Shown: positions 26,613-41,300 of the stretch, one piece after another | Position numbering within the stretch: position 1 is the stretch's first letter | How the letters are laid out: every line of letters begins with the position of its first letter | Assembly: GCF_009914755.1 (NCBI RefSeq) | Contig: NC_060940.1 | Reading direction: 5' to 3' (one strand) | Origin: the human T2T-CHM13v2.0 reference genome, Homo sapiens | Length of the DNA: 64,000 bases | The notes under the pieces: generated by a model | Seen by the model: the letters and a program-made list of their open reading frames with translations, nothing else | Database searches by the model: none | What the model was told of the DNA's origin: nothing | Made by a program: the position numbers and the translations under genes

Positions 26613-27968
26613 TTACACAGAGCAGATTTGAGACACTCTTTTGGTGGAATTTGTAAGTGGAGAATTCAGCCGCTTTGAGGTCAACGGTAGAAAAGGAAAT
26701 ATCTTCGTATAAAAACTAGACAGAATGATTCTCAGAAACTGTTTTGTGATGTGTGCGTTCAACTCACAGAGTTTAACCTTTCTTTTCAAAGAGCAGTTAG
26801 GAAACACTCTCTTTGTAAAGTCTACAAGTGCATATTCAGACCTCTTTGAGGCCTTCGTTGGAAACGGGATTTCTTCATATTATGCTAGACAGAAGAATTC
26901 TCAGTAACTTCCTTGTGTTGTGTGTATTCAACTCACAGAGTTGAACGATCCTTTACACAGAGCAGATTTGAAACACTCTTTTTCTGGAATTTGCAAGTGG
27001 AGATTTCAGCCGCTTTGGGGTCAATGGTAGAAAAGGAAATATCTTCGTATAAAAACTAGACAGAATGATTCTCAGAAACTCCTTTGTGATGTGTGCGTTC
27101 AACTCACAGAGTTTAACCTTTCTTTTCACAGAGCAGTTATGAAACACTCTGTTTGTGAAGTCTGCCAGTGGATATTCGGACCTCTTTGAGGCCTTCGTTG
27201 GAAACGGGATTTCTTCATATTATGCTAGACAGATTTCTCAGTAACTACTTTGTGTTGTGTGTATGCAACTCACAGAGTTCATCCTTCCCTTAGACAGAGC
27301 AGATTTGAAACACTCTTTTTGTGGAATTTGCAAGTGGAGATTTCAAGCGCTTCGATGCCAATGGTAGAAAAGGAAATATCTTCGTATAAAAACAAGACAA
27401 AATCATTCCCAGAAACTGCGCAGTGATGTGTGTGTTTAACTCACAGAGTTAAACCTTTCTTTTCATACAGAATTCTGGAAACCCTCTGTTTGTAAAGTCT
27501 GCAAGTGGATATTTGGACCTCTTAGATGCCTTCGTTGGAAATGGGAAGTCGTCATATAATGGTAGAGGGAAGAATTCTCAGTAACTTCTTTTTCTTGTGT
27601 GTATTCAACTGACAGAGTTGAACCTTCCTTTAGACAGAGCAGATTTGAAAGTCTCTTTTTGTGGAATTTGCAAGTGGAGACTTCAAGCGCTTTGAGGCCA
27701 AAGGCAGAAAAGGAAATATCTTCGTATAAAAACCCGACAGAATCATTCTCAGAAACTGCTCTGTGATGTGTGCGTTCAACTCACAGAGTTTAACTTTTCT
27801 TTTCATTCAGCAGTTTGGAAACACTCTGTTTGTAAAGTCTGCAAGTGGATATCTTGGCCTCTTAGAGGCCTTCGTTGGAAACGGGTTCTTTCATGTAAGG
27901 TTAGACAGAGGAATTCCCAGTAACTTCCTTGTGTTGTGTGCATTCAACTCACAGAGTTGAATGATTCT
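26613..27968 (+). repeat. 8-mer HOR type A, duplicate copy (1356 bp)
   Basis: Same junction at 27665-27680 and the same divergent variants as 12032-13386. Confidence 0.92.
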
Positions 27969-29327
27969 TTACACATAGCAGATTTGAGACACTCTTTTGG
28001 TGGAATTTGTAAGTGGAGAATTCAGCCGCTTTGAGGTCAACGGTAGAAAAGGAAATATCTTCGTATAAAAACTAGAAAGAATGATTCTCAGAAACTGTTT
28101 TGTGATGTGTGCGTTCAACTCACAGAGTTTAACCTTTCTTTTCAAAGAGCAGTTAGGAAACACTCTGTTTGTAAAGTCTGCAAGTGGATATTCAGACCTC
28201 TTTGAAGCCTTCGTTGGAAACGGGATTTCTTCATATTATGCTAGACAGATGAATTCTCAGTAACTTCCTTGTGTTGTGTGTATTCAACTCACAGAGTTGA
28301 ACGATCCTTTACACAGAGCAGATTTGAAACACTGTTTTTCTGGAATTTGCAAGTGGAGATTTCAGCCGCTTTGAGGTCAATGGTAGAAAAGGAAATATCT
28401 TCGTATAAAAACTGGACAGAATGATTCTCAGAAACTCCTTTGTGATGTGTGCGTTCAACTCACAGAGTTTAACCTTTCTTTTCACAGAGCAGTTAGGAAA
28501 CACTCTGTTTGTGAAGCCTGCCAGTGGATATTCGGACCTCTTTGAGGCCTTCGTTGGAAACGGGATTTCTTCATATTTTGCTAGACAGAAGATTTCTCAG
28601 TAACTTCTTTGTGTTGTGTGTATGCAACTCACAGAGTTCAACCTTCCTTTAGACAGAGCAGATTTGAAACACTCTTTTTGTGGAATTTGCAAGTGGAAAT
28701 TTCAAGCGCATCGATGCCAATGGTAGAAAAGGAAATATCTTCGTATAAAAACAAGACAAACTCGTTCCCAGACACTGCGTAGTGATGTGTGTGTTTAACT
28801 CACAGAGTTTCACCTTTCTTTTCATACAGCATTCTGGAAACCCTCTGTTTGTAAAGTCTGCAAGTGGATATTTGGACCTCTTAGATGCCTTCGTTGGAAA
28901 CGGGATTTCCTCATATAATGCTAGAGGGAAGAATTCTTAGTAACTTCTTTGTGTTGTGTGTATTCAACTGACAGAGTTGAACCTTCCTTTAGACAGAGCA
29001 GATTTGAAAGTCTCTTTTTGTGGAATTTGCAAGTGGAGATTTCAAGCGCTTTGAGGCCAAAAGCAGAAAAGGAAATATTTTCCTATAAAAACTAGACAGA
29101 ATCTTTCTCAGAAACTGCTCTGGGATGTGTGCGTTCAACTCACAGAGTTTAACTTTTCTTTTCATTCAGCAGTTTGGAAACACTCTGTTTGGAAAGTCTG
29201 CAAGTGGATATCTTGGCCTCTTAGAGGCCTTCGTTGGAAACGGGTTTCTTCATTTAAGGTTAGACAGAGGAATTCCCAGTAACTTCCTTGTGTTGTGTGC
29301 ATTCAACTCACAGAGTTGAATGATTCT
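27969..29327 (+). repeat. 8-mer HOR type B, duplicate copy (1359 bp)
   Basis: Same junction at 29193-29202. Confidence 0.92.
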
Positions 29328-32300
29328 TTACACAGAGCAGATTTGAGACACTCTTTGGGTGGAATTTGTAAGTGGAGAATTCAGCCGCTTTGAGGTCAAC
29401 GGTAGAAAAGGAAATATCTTCGTATAAAAACTAGACAGAATGATTCTCAGAAACTGTTTTTTGATGTGTGCGTTCAACTCACAGAGTTTAACCTTTCTTT
29501 TCAAAGAGCAGTTAGGAAACACTCTGTAAAGTCTGCAAGTGGATATTCAGACCTCTTTGAGGCCTTCGTTGGAAACGGGATTTCTTCATATTATGCTAGA
29601 CAGATGAATTCTCAGTAACTTCCTTGTGTTGTGTGTATTCAACTCACAGAGTTGAACGATCCTTTACACAGAGCAGATTTGAAACACTGTTTTTCTGGAA
29701 TTTGCAAGTGGAGATTTCAGCCGCTTTGAGGTCAATGGTAGAAAAGGAAATATCTTCGTATAAAAACTAGACAGAATGATTCTCAGAAACTCCTTTGTGA
29801 TGTGTGCGTTCAACTCACAGAGTTTAACCTTTCTTTTCACAGAGCAGTTAGGAAACACTCTGTTTGTGAAGCCTGCCAGTGGATATTCGGACCTCTTTCA
29901 GGCCTTCGTTGGAAACGGGATTTCTTCATATTATGCTAGACAGAAGATTTCTCAGTAACTTCTTTGTGTTGTGTGTATGCAACTCACAGAGTTCAACCTT
30001 CCTTTAGACAGAGCAGATTTGAAACACTCTTTTTGTGGAATTTGCAAGTGGAGATTTCAAGCGCTTCGATGCCAATGGTAGAAAAGGAAATATCTTCGTA
30101 TAAAAACAAGACAAACTCGTTCCCAGACACTGCGTAGTGATGTGTGTGTTTAACTCACAGAGTTTAACCTTTCTTTTCATACAGCATTCTGGAAACCCTC
30201 TGTTTGTAAAGTCTGCAAGTCGATATTTGGACCTCTTAGATGCCTTCGTTGGAAACGGGATTTCTTCATATAATGCTAGAGGGAAGAATTCTTAGTAACT
30301 TCTTTGTGTTGTGTGTATTCAACTGACAGAGTTGAACCTTCCTTTAGACAGAGCAGATTTGAAAGTCTCTTTTTGTGGAATTTGCAAGTGGAGATTTCAA
30401 GCGCTTTGAGGCCAAAAGCAGAAAAGGAAATATTTTCCTATAAAACCTCGACAGAATCTTTCTCAGAAACTGCTCTGGGATGTGTGCGTTCAACTCACAG
30501 AGTTTAACTTTTCTTTTCATTCAGCAGTTTGGAAACACTCTGTTTGGAAAGTCTGCACGTGGATATTTTGACCTCTTTGAGGCCTTCGTTGGAAACGGGT
30601 TTTTTTCATGTAAGGCTAGACAGAAGAAATCTCAGTAACTTCCTTGTGTTGTGTGTATTCAACTGACAGAGTTGAACCTTCCTTTAGACAGAGCAGATTC
30701 GAAACACTCTTTTTCTGCAATTTGCAAGTGGAGACTTCAAGCGCTTTGAGGCCAAAGGCAGAAAAGGAAATATCTTCGTATAAAAACCCGACAGAATCAT
30801 TCTCAGAAACTGCTCTGTGATGTGTGCGTTCAACTCACAGAGTTTAACTTTTCTTTTCATTCAGCAGTTTGGAAACACTCTGTTTGTAAAGTCTGCAAGT
30901 GGATATCTTGGCCTCTTAGAGGCCTTCGTTGGAAACGGGTTTTTTCATGTAAGGATAGACAGAGGAATTCCCAGTAACTTCCTTGTGTTGTGTGCATTCA
31001 ACTCACAGAGTTGAACGATTCTTTACACAGAGCAGATTTGAGACACTCTTTTGGTGGAATTTGTAAGTGGAGAATTCAGCCGCTTTGAGGTCAACGGTAG
31101 AAAAGGAAATATCTTCGTATAAAAACTAGACAGAATGATTCTCAGAAACTGTTTTGTGATGTGTGCGTTCAACTCACAGAGTTTAACCTTTCTTTTCAGA
31201 GAGCAGTTAGGAAACACTCTGTAAAGTCTGCAAGTGGATATTCAGACCTCTTTGAGGCCTTCGTTGGAAACGGGATTTCTTCATATTATGCTAGACAGAT
31301 GAATTCTCAGTAACTTCCTTGTGTTGTGTGTATTCAACTCACAGAGTTGAACGATCCTTTACACAGAGCAGATTTGAAACACTGTTTTTCTGGAATTTGC
31401 AAGTGGAGATTTCAGCCGCTTTGAGGTCAATTGTAGAAAAGGAAATATCTTCGTATAAAAACTAGACAGAATGATTCTCAGAAACTCCTTTGTGATGTGT
31501 GCGTTCAACTCACAGAGTTTAACCTTTCTTTTCACAGAGCAGTTAGGAAACACTCTGTTTGTGAAGCCTGCCAGTGGATATTCGGACCTCTTTCAGGCCT
31601 TCGTTGGAAACGGGATTTCTTCATATTATGCTAGACAGAAGATTTCTCAGTAACTTCTTTGTGTTGTGTGTATGCAACTCACAGAGTTCAACCTTCCTTT
31701 AGACAGAGCAGATTTGAAACACTCTTTTTGTGGAATTTGCAAGTGGAGATTTCAAGCGCTTCGATGCCAATGGTAGAAAAGGAAATATCTTCGTATAAAA
31801 ACAAGACAAACTCGTTCCCAGACACTGCGTAGTGATGTGTGTGTTTAACTCACAGAGTTTAACCTTTCTTTTCATACAGCATTCTGGAAACCCTCTGTTT
31901 GTAAAGTCTGCAAGTCGATATTTGGACCTCTTAGATGCCTTCGTTGGAAACGGGATTTCTTCATATAATGCTAGAGGGAAGAATTCTTAGTAACTTCTTT
32001 GTGTTGTGTGTATTCAACTGACAGAGTTGAACCTTCCTTTAGACAGAGCAGATTTGAAAGTCTCTTTTTGTGGAATTTGCAAGTGGAGATTTCAAGCGCT
32101 TTGAGGCCAAAAGCAGAAAAGGAAATATTTTCCTATAAAACCTCGACAGAATCTTTCTCAGAAACTGCTCTGGGATGTGTGCGTTCAACTCACAGAGTTT
32201 AACTTTTCTTTTCATTCAGCGTTTGGAAACACTCTGTTTGGAAAGTCTGCACGTGGATATTTTGACCTCTTTGAGGCCTTCGTTGGAAACGGGTTTTTTT

Positions 32301-35300
32301 CATGTAAGGCTAGACAGAAGAAATCTCAGTAACTTCCTTGTGTTGTGTGTATTCAACTGACAGAGTTGAACCTTCCTTTAGACAGAGCAGATTCGAAACA
32401 CTCTTTTTCTGCAATTTGCAAGTGGAGACTTCAAGCGCTTTGAGGCCAAAGGCAGAAAAGGAAATATCTTCGTATAAAAACCCGACAGAATCATTCTCAG
32501 AAACTGCTCTGTGATGTGTGCGTTCAACTCACAGAGTTTAACTTTTCTTTTCATTCAGCAGTTTGGAAACACTCTGTTTGTAAAGTCTGCAAGTGGATAT
32601 CTTGGCCTCTTAGAGGCCTTCGTTGGAAACGGGTTTTTTCATGTAAGGATAGACAGAGGAATTCCCAGTAACTTCCTTGTGTTGTGTGCATTCAACTCAC
32701 AGAGTTGAACGATTCTTTACACAGAGCAGATTTGAGACACTCTTTTGGTGGAATTTGTAAGTGGAGAATTCAGCCGCTTTGAGGTCAACGGTAGAAAAGG
32801 AAATATCTTCGTATAAAAACTAGACAGAATGATTCTCAGAAACTGTTTTGTGATGTGTGCGTTCAACTCACAGAGTTTAACCTTTCTTTTCAGAGAGCAG
32901 TTAGGAAACACTCTGTAAAGGCTGCAAGTGGATATTCAGACCTCTTTGAGGCCTTCGTTGGAAACGGGATTTCTTCATATTATGCTAGACAGATGAATTC
33001 TCAGTAACTTCCTTGTGTTGTGTGTATTCAACTCACAGAGTTGAACGATCCTTTACACAGAGCAGATTTGAAACACTGTTTTTCTGGAATTTGCAAGTGG
33101 AGATTTCAGCCGCTTTGAGGTCAATGGTAGAAAAGGAAATATCTTCGTATAAAAACTAGACAGAATGATTCTCAGAAACTCCTTTGTGATGTGTGCGTTC
33201 AACTCACAGAGTTTAACCTTTCTTTTCACAGAGCAGTTAGGAAACACTCTGTTTGTGAAGCCTGCCAGTGGATATTCGGACCTCTTTCAGGCCTTCGTTG
33301 GAAACGGGATTTCTTCATATTATGCTAGACAGAAGATTTCTCAGTAACTTCTTTGTGTTGTGTGTATGCAAATCACAGAGTTCAACCTTCCTTTAGACAG
33401 AGCAGATTTGAAACACTCTTTTTGTGGAATTTGCAAGTGGAGATTTCAAGCGCTTCGATGCCAATGGTAGAAAAGGAAATATCTTCGTATAAAAACAAGA
33501 CAAACTCGTTCCCAGACACTGCGTAGTGATGTGTGTGTTTAACTCACAGAGTTTCACCTTTCTTTTCATACAGCATTCTGGAAACCCTCTGTTTGTAAAG
33601 TCTGCAAGTCGATATTTGGACCTCTTAGATGCCTTCGTTGGAAACGGGATTTCTTCATATAATGCTAGAGGGAAGAATTCTTAGTAACTTCTTTGTGTTG
33701 TGTGTATTCAACTGACAGAGTTGAACCTTCCTTTAGACAGAGCAGATTTGAAAGTCTCTTTTTGTGGAATTTGCAAGTGGAGATTTCAAGCGCTTTGAGG
33801 CCAAAAGCAGAAAAGGAAATATTTTCCTATAAAACCTCGACAGAATCTTTCTCAGAAACTGCTCTGGGATGTGTGCGTTCAACTCACAGAGTTTAACTTT
33901 TCTTTCCATTCAGCAGTTTGGAAACACTCTGTTTGGAAAGTCTGCACGTGGATATTTTGACCTCTTTGAGGCCTTCGTTGGAAACGGGTTTTTTTCATGT
34001 AAGGCTAGACAGAAGAAATCTCAGTAACTTCCTTGTGTTGTGTGTATTCAACTGACAGAGTTGAACCTTCCTTTAGACAGAGCAGATTCGAAACACTCTT
34101 TTTCTGCAATTTGCAAGTGGAGACTTCAAGCGCTTTGAGGCCAAAGGCAGAAAAGGAAATATCTTCGTATAAAAACCCGACAGAATCATTCTCAGAAACT
34201 GCTCTGTGATGTGTGCGTTCAACTCACAGAGTTTAACTTTTCTTTTCATTCAGCAGTTTGGAAACACTCTGTTTGTAAAGTCTGCAAGTGGATATCTTGG
34301 CCTCTTAGAGGCCTTCGTTGGAAACGGGTTTTTTCATGTAAGGATAGACAGAGGAATTCCCAGTAACTTCCTTGTGTTGTGTGCATTCAACTCACAGAGT
34401 TGAACGATTCTTTACACAGAGCAGATTTGAGACACTCTTTTGGTGGAATTTGTAAGTGGAGAATTCAGCCGCTTTGAGGTCAACGGTAGAAAAGGAAATA
34501 TCTTCGTATAAAAACTAGACAGAATGATTCTCAGAAACTGTTTTGTGATGTGTGCGTTCAACTCACAGAGTTTAACCTTTCTTTTCAGAGAGCAGTTAGG
34601 AAACACTCTGTAAAGTCTGCAAGTGGATATTCAGACCTCTTTGAGGCCTTCGTTGGAAACGGGATTTCTTCATATTATGCTAGACAGATGAATTCTCAGT
34701 AACTTCCTTGTGTTGTGTGTATTCAACTCACAGAGTTGAACGATCCTTTACACAGAGCAGATTTGAAACACTGTTTTTCTGGAATTTGCAAGTGGAGATT
34801 TCAGCCGCTTTGAGGTCAATTGTAGAAAAGGAAATATCTTCGTATAAAAACTAGACAGAATGATTCTCAGAAACTCCTTTGTGATGTGTGCGTTCAACTC
34901 ACAGAGTTTAACCTTTCTTTTCACAGAGCAGTTAGGAAACACTCTGTTTGTGAAGCCTGCCAGTGGATATTCGGACCTCTTTCAGGCCTTCGTTGGAAAC
35001 GGGATTTCTTCATATTATGCTAGACAGAAGATTTCTCAGTAACTTCTTTGTGTTGTGTGTATGCAACTCACAGAGTTCAACCTTCCTTTAGACAGAGCAG
35101 ATTTGAAACACTCTTTTTGTGGAATTTGCAAGTGGAGATTTCAAGCGCTTCGATGCCAATGGTAGAAAAGGAAATATCTTCGTATAAAAACAAGACAAAC
35201 TCGTTCCCAGACACTGCGTAGTGATGTGTGTGTTTAACTCACAGAGTTTAACCTTTCTTTTCATACAGCATTCTGGAAACCCTCTGTTTGTAAAGTCTGC

Positions 35301-38300
35301 AAGTCGATATTTGGACCTCTTAGATGCCTTCGTTGGAAACGGGATTTCTTCATATAATGCTAGAGGGAAGAATTCTTAGTAACTTCTTTGTGTTGTGTGT
35401 ATTCAACTGACAGAGTTGAACCTTCCTTTAGACAGAGCAGATTTGAAAGTCTCTTTTTGTGGAATTTGCAAGTGGAGATTTCAAGCGCTTTGAGGCCAAA
35501 AGCAGAAAAGGAAATATTTTCCTATAAAACCTCGACAGAATCTTTCTCAGAAACTGCTCTGGGATGTGTGCGTTCAACTCACAGAGTTTAACTTTTCTTT
35601 TCATTCAGCGTTTGGAAACACTCTGTTTGGAAAGTCTGCCTTGGATATTTTGACCTCTTTGAGGCCTTCGTTGGAAACGGGTTTTTTTCATGTAAGGCTA
35701 GACAGAAGAAATCTCAGTAACTTCCTTGTGTTGTGTGTATTCAACTGACAGAGTTGAACCTTCCTTTAGACAGAGCAGATTCGAAACACTCTTTTTCTGC
35801 AATTTGCAAGTGGAGACTTCAAGCGCTTTGAGGCCAAAGGCAGAAAAGGAAATATCTTCGTATAAGAACCCGACAGAATCATTCTCAGAAACTGCTCTGT
35901 GATGTGTGCGTTCAACTCACAGAGTTTAACTTTTCTTTTCATTCAGCAGTTTGGAAACACTCTGTTTGTAAAGTCTGCAAGTGGATATCTTGGCCTCTTA
36001 GAGGCCTTCGTTGGAAACGGGTTTTTTCATGTAAGGATAGACAGAGGAATTCCCAGTAACTTCCTTGTGTTGTGTGCATTCAACTCACAGAGTTGAATGA
36101 TTCTTTACACAGAGCAGATTTGAGACACTCTTTTGGTGGAATTTGTAAGTGGAGAATTCAGCCGCTTTGAGGTCAACGGTAGAAAAGGAAATATCTTCGT
36201 ATAAAAACTAGACAGAATGATTCTCAGAAACTGTTTTGTGATGTGTGCGTTCAACTCACAGAGTTTAACCTTTCTTTTCAGAGAGCAGTTAGGAAACACT
36301 CTGTAAAGTCTGCAAGTGGATATTCAGACCTCTTTGAGGCCTTCGTTGGAAACGGGATTTCTTCATATTATGCTAGACAGATGAATTCTCAGTAACTTCC
36401 TTGTGTTGTGTGTATTCAACTCACAGAGTTGAACGATCCTTTACACAGAGCAGATTTGAAACACTGTTTTTCTGGAATTTGCAAGTGGAGATTTCAGCCG
36501 CTTTGAGGTCAATGGTAGAAAAGGAAATATCTTCGTATAAAAACTAGACAGAATGATTCTCAGAAACTCCTTTGTGATGTGTGCGTTCAACTCACAGAGT
36601 TTAACCTTTCTTTTCACAGAGCAGTTAGGAAACACTCTGTTTGTGAAGCCTGCCAGTGGATATTCGGACCTCTTTCAGGCCTTCGTTGGAAACGGGATTT
36701 CTTCATATTATGCTAGACAGAAGATTTCTCAGTAACTTCTTTGTGTTGTGTGTATGCAACTCACAGAGTTCAACCTTCCTTTAGACAGAGCAGATTTGAA
36801 ACACTCTTTTTGTGGAATTTGCAAGTGGAGATTTCAAGCGCTTTGATGCCAATGGTAGAAAAGGAAATATCTTCGTATAAAAACAAGACAAACTCGTTCC
36901 CAGACACTGCGTAGTGATGTGTGTGTTTAACTCACAGAGTTTAACCTTTCTTTTCATACAGCATTCTGGAAACCCTCTGTTTGTAAAGTCTGCAAGTCGA
37001 TATTTGGACCTCTTAGATGCCTTCGTTGGAAACGGGATTTCTTCATATAATGCTAGAGGGAAGAATTCTTAGTAACTTCTTTGTGTTGTGTGTATTCAAC
37101 TGACAGAGTTGAACCTTCCTTTAGACAGAGCAGATTTGAAAGTCTCTTTTTGTGGAATTTGCAAGTGGAGATTTCAAGCGCTTTGAGGCCAAAAGCAGAA
37201 AAGGAAATATTTTCCTATAAAACCTCGACAGAATCTTTCTCAGAAACTGCTCTGGGATGTGTGCGTTCAACTCACAGAGTTTAACTTTTCTTTTCATTCA
37301 GCAGTTTGGAAACACTCTGTTTGGAAAGTCTGCACGTGGATATTTTGACCTCTTTGAGGCCTTCGTTGGAAACGGGTTTTTTTCATGTAAGGCTAGACAG
37401 AAGAAATCTCAGTAACTTCCTTGTGTTGTGTGTATTCAACTGACAGAGTTGAACCTTCCTTTAGACAGAGCAGATTCGAAACACTCTTTTTCTGCAATTT
37501 GCAAGTGGAGACTTCAAGCGCTTTGAGGCCAAAGGCAGAAAAGGAAATATCTTCGTATAAAAACCCGACAGAATCATTCTCAGAAACTGCTCTGTGATGT
37601 GTGCGTTCAACTCACAGAGTTTAACTTTTCTTTTCATTCAGCAGTTTGGAAACACTCTGTTTGTAAAGTCTGCAAGTGGATATCTTGGCCTCTTAGAGGC
37701 CTTCGTTGGAAACGGGTTTTTTCATGTAAGGTTAGACAGAGGAATTCCCAGTAACTTCCTTGTGTTGTGTGCATTCAACTCACAGAGTTGAATGATTCTT
37801 TACACAGAGCAGATTTGAGACACTCTTTTGGTGGAATTTGTAAGTGGAGAATTCAGCCGCTTTGAGGTCAACGGTAGAAAAGGAAATATCTTCGTATAAA
37901 AACTAGACAGAATGATTCTCAGAAACTGTTTTGTGATGTGTGCGTTCAACTCACAGAGTTTAACCTTTCTTTTCAGAGAGCAGTTAGGAAACACTCTGTT
38001 TGTAAAGTCTGCAAGCGGATATTCAGACCTCTTTGAGGCCTTCGTTGGAAACGGGATTTCTTCATATTATGCTAGACAGATGAATTCTCAGTAACTTCCT
38101 TGTGTTGTGTGTATTCAACTCACAGAGTTGAACGATCCTTTACACAGAGCAGATTTGAAACACTGTTTTTCTGGAATTTGCAAGTGGAGATTTCAGCCGC
38201 TTTGAGGTCAATGGTAGAAAAGGAAATATCTTCGTATAAAACCTACACAGAATGATTCTCAGAAACTCCTTTGTGATGTGTGCGTTCAACTCACAGAGTT

Positions 38301-41300
38301 TAACCTTTCTTTTCACAGAGCAGTTAGGAAACACTCTGTTTGTGAAGCCTGCCAGGGGATATTCGGACCTCTTTGAGGCCTTCGTTGGAAACGGGATTTC
38401 TTCATATTATGCTAGACAGAAGATTTCTCAGTAACTTCTTTGTGTTGTGTGTATGCAACTCACAGAGTTCAACCTTCCTTTAGACAGAGCAGATTTGAAA
38501 CACTCTTTTTGTGGAATTTGCAAGTGGAGATTTCAAGCGCTTCGATGCCAATGGTAGAAAAGGAAATATCTTCGTATAAAAACAAGACAAACTCGTTCCC
38601 AGACACTGCGTAGTGATGTGGGTGTTTAACTCACAGAGTTTAACCTTTCTTTTCATACAGCATTCTGGAAACCCTCTGTTTGTAAAGTCTGCAAGTGGAT
38701 ATTTGGACCTCTTAGATGCCTTCGTTGGAAACGGGATTTCTTCATATAATGCTAGAGGGAAGAATTCTTAGTAACTTATTTGTGTTGTGTGTATTCAACT
38801 GACAGAGTTGAACCTTCCTTTAGACAGAGCAGATTTGAAAGTCTCTTTTTGTGGAATTTGCAAGTGGAGATTTCAAGCGCTTTGAGGCCAAAAGCAGAAA
38901 AGGAAATATTTTCCTATAAAAACTAGAGAGAATCATTCTCAGAAACTGCTCTGTGATGTGTGTGTTCAACTCACAGAGTTTAACTTTCTTTTCATTCAGC
39001 AGTTTGGAAACACTCTGTTTGGAAAGTCTGCACGTGGATATTTTGACCTCTTTGAGGCCTTCGTTGGAAACGGGTTTTTTTCATGTAAGGCTAGACAGAA
39101 GAAATCTCAGTAACTTCCTTGTGTTGTGTGTATTCAACTGACAGAGTTGAACCTTCCTTTAGACAGAGCAGATTCGAAACGCTCTTTTTCTGCAATTTGC
39201 AAGTGGAGACTTCAAGCGCTTTGAGGCCAAAGGCAGAAAAGGAAATATCTTCGTATAAAAACCCGACATAATCATTCTCAGAAACTGCTCTGTGATGTGT
39301 GCGTTCAACTCACAGAGTTTAACTTTTCTTTTCATTCAGCAGTTTGGAAACACTCTGTTTGTAAAGTCTGCAAGTGGATATCTTGGCCTCTTAGAGGCCT
39401 TCGTTGGAAACGCGTTTTTTCATGTAAGGTTAGACAGAGGAATTCCCAGTAACTTCCTTGTGTTGTGTGCATTCAACTCACAGAGTTGAATGATTCTTTA
39501 CACAGAGCAGATTTGAGACACTCTTTTGGTGGAATTTGTAAGTGTAGAATTCAGCTGCTTTGAGGTCAACGGTAGAAAAGGAAATATCTTCGTATAAAAA
39601 CTAGACAGAATGATTCTCAGAAACTGTTTTGTGATGTGTGCGTTCAACTCACAGAGTTTAACCTTTCTTTTCAAAGAGCAGTTAGGAAACACTCTGTTTG
39701 TAAAGTCTGCAAGTGGATATTCAGACCTCTTTGAAGACTTCGTTGGAAACGGGATTTCATCATATTATGCTAGACAGATGAATTCTCAGTAACTTCCTTG
39801 TGTTGTGTGTATTCAACTCACAGAGTTTAACGATCCTTTACACAGAGCAGATTTGAAACACTGTTTTTCTGGAATTTGCAAGTGGAGATTTCAGCCGCTT
39901 TGAGGTCAATGGTAGAAAAGGAAATATCTTCGTATAAAAACTGGACAGAATGATTCTCAGAAACTCCTTTGTGATGTGTGCGTTCAACTCACAGAGTTTA
40001 ACCTTTCTTTTCACAGAGCAGTTAGGAAACACTCTGTTTGTGAAGCCTGCCAGTGGATATTCGGACCTCTTTGAGGCCTTCGTTGGAAACGGGATTTCTT
40101 CATATTTTGCTAGACAGAAGATTTCTCAGTAACTTCTTTGTGTTGTGTGTATGCAACTCACAGAGTTCAACCTTCCTTTAGACAGAGCAGATTTGAAACA
40201 CTCTTTTTGTGGAATTTGCAAGTGGAAATTTCAAGCACATCGATGCTAATGGTAGAAAAGGAAATATCTTCGTATAAAAACAAGACAAACTCGTTCCCAG
40301 ACACTGCGTAGTGATGTGTGTGTTTAACTCACAGAGTTTAACCTTTCTTTTCATACAGCATTCTGGAAACCCTCTGTTTGTAAAGTCTGCAAGTGGATAT
40401 TTGGACCTCTTAGATGCCTTCGTTGGAAACGGGATTTCCTCATATAATGCTAGAGGGAAGAATTCTTAGTAACTTCTTTGTGTTGTGTGTATTCAACTGA
40501 CAGAGTTGAACCTTCCTTTAGACAGAGCAGATTTGAAAGTCTCTTTTTGTGGAATTTGCAAGTGGAGATTTCAAGCGCTTTGAGGCCAAAAGCAGAAAAG
40601 GAAATATTTTCTAATAAAAACTAGACAGAATCTTTCTCAGAAACTGCTCTGGGATGTGTGCGTTCAACTCACAGAGTTTAACTTTTCTTTTCATTCAGCA
40701 GTTTGGAAACACTCTGTTTGGAAAGTCTGCACGTGGATATTTTGACCTCTTTGAGGCCTTCGTTGGAAACGGGTTTTTTTCATGTAAGGCTAGACAGAAG
40801 AAATCTCAGTAACTTCCTTGTGTTGTGTGTATTCAACTGACAGAGTTGAACCTTCCTTTAGACAGAGCAGATTCGAAACACTCTTTTTCTGCAATTTGCA
40901 AGTGGAGACTTCAAGCGCTTTGAGGCCAAAGGCAGAAAAGGAAATATCTTCGTATAAAAACCCGACAGAATCATTCTCAGAAACTGCTCTGTGATGTGTG
41001 CGTTCAACTCACAGAGTTTAACTTTTCTTTTCATTCAGCAGTTTGGAAACACTCTGTTTGTAAAGTCTGCAAGTGGATATCTTGGCCTCTTAGAGGCCTT
41101 CGTTGGAAACGGGTTTTTTCATTTAAGGTTAGACAGAGGAATTCCCAGTAACTTCCTTGTGTTGTGTGCATTCAACTCACAGAGTTGAATGATTCTTTAC
41201 ACAGAGCAGATTTGAGACACTCTTTGGGTGGAATTTGTAAGTGGAGAATTCAGCCGCTTTGAGGTCAACGGTAGAAAAGGAAATATCTTCGTATAAAAAC

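Larger units (their letters stand above)
23218..37799 (+). repeat. Copy 2 of the ~14.58 kb tandem duplication
   Basis: Unit lengths are 1698,1697,1356,1359,1695,1694,1695,1693,1695. Shared rare words include cagaatttaa (~10150/~24731), ggaaaaactttg (~11542/~26123) and taagaacccg (~21281/~35863). Confidence 0.9.
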
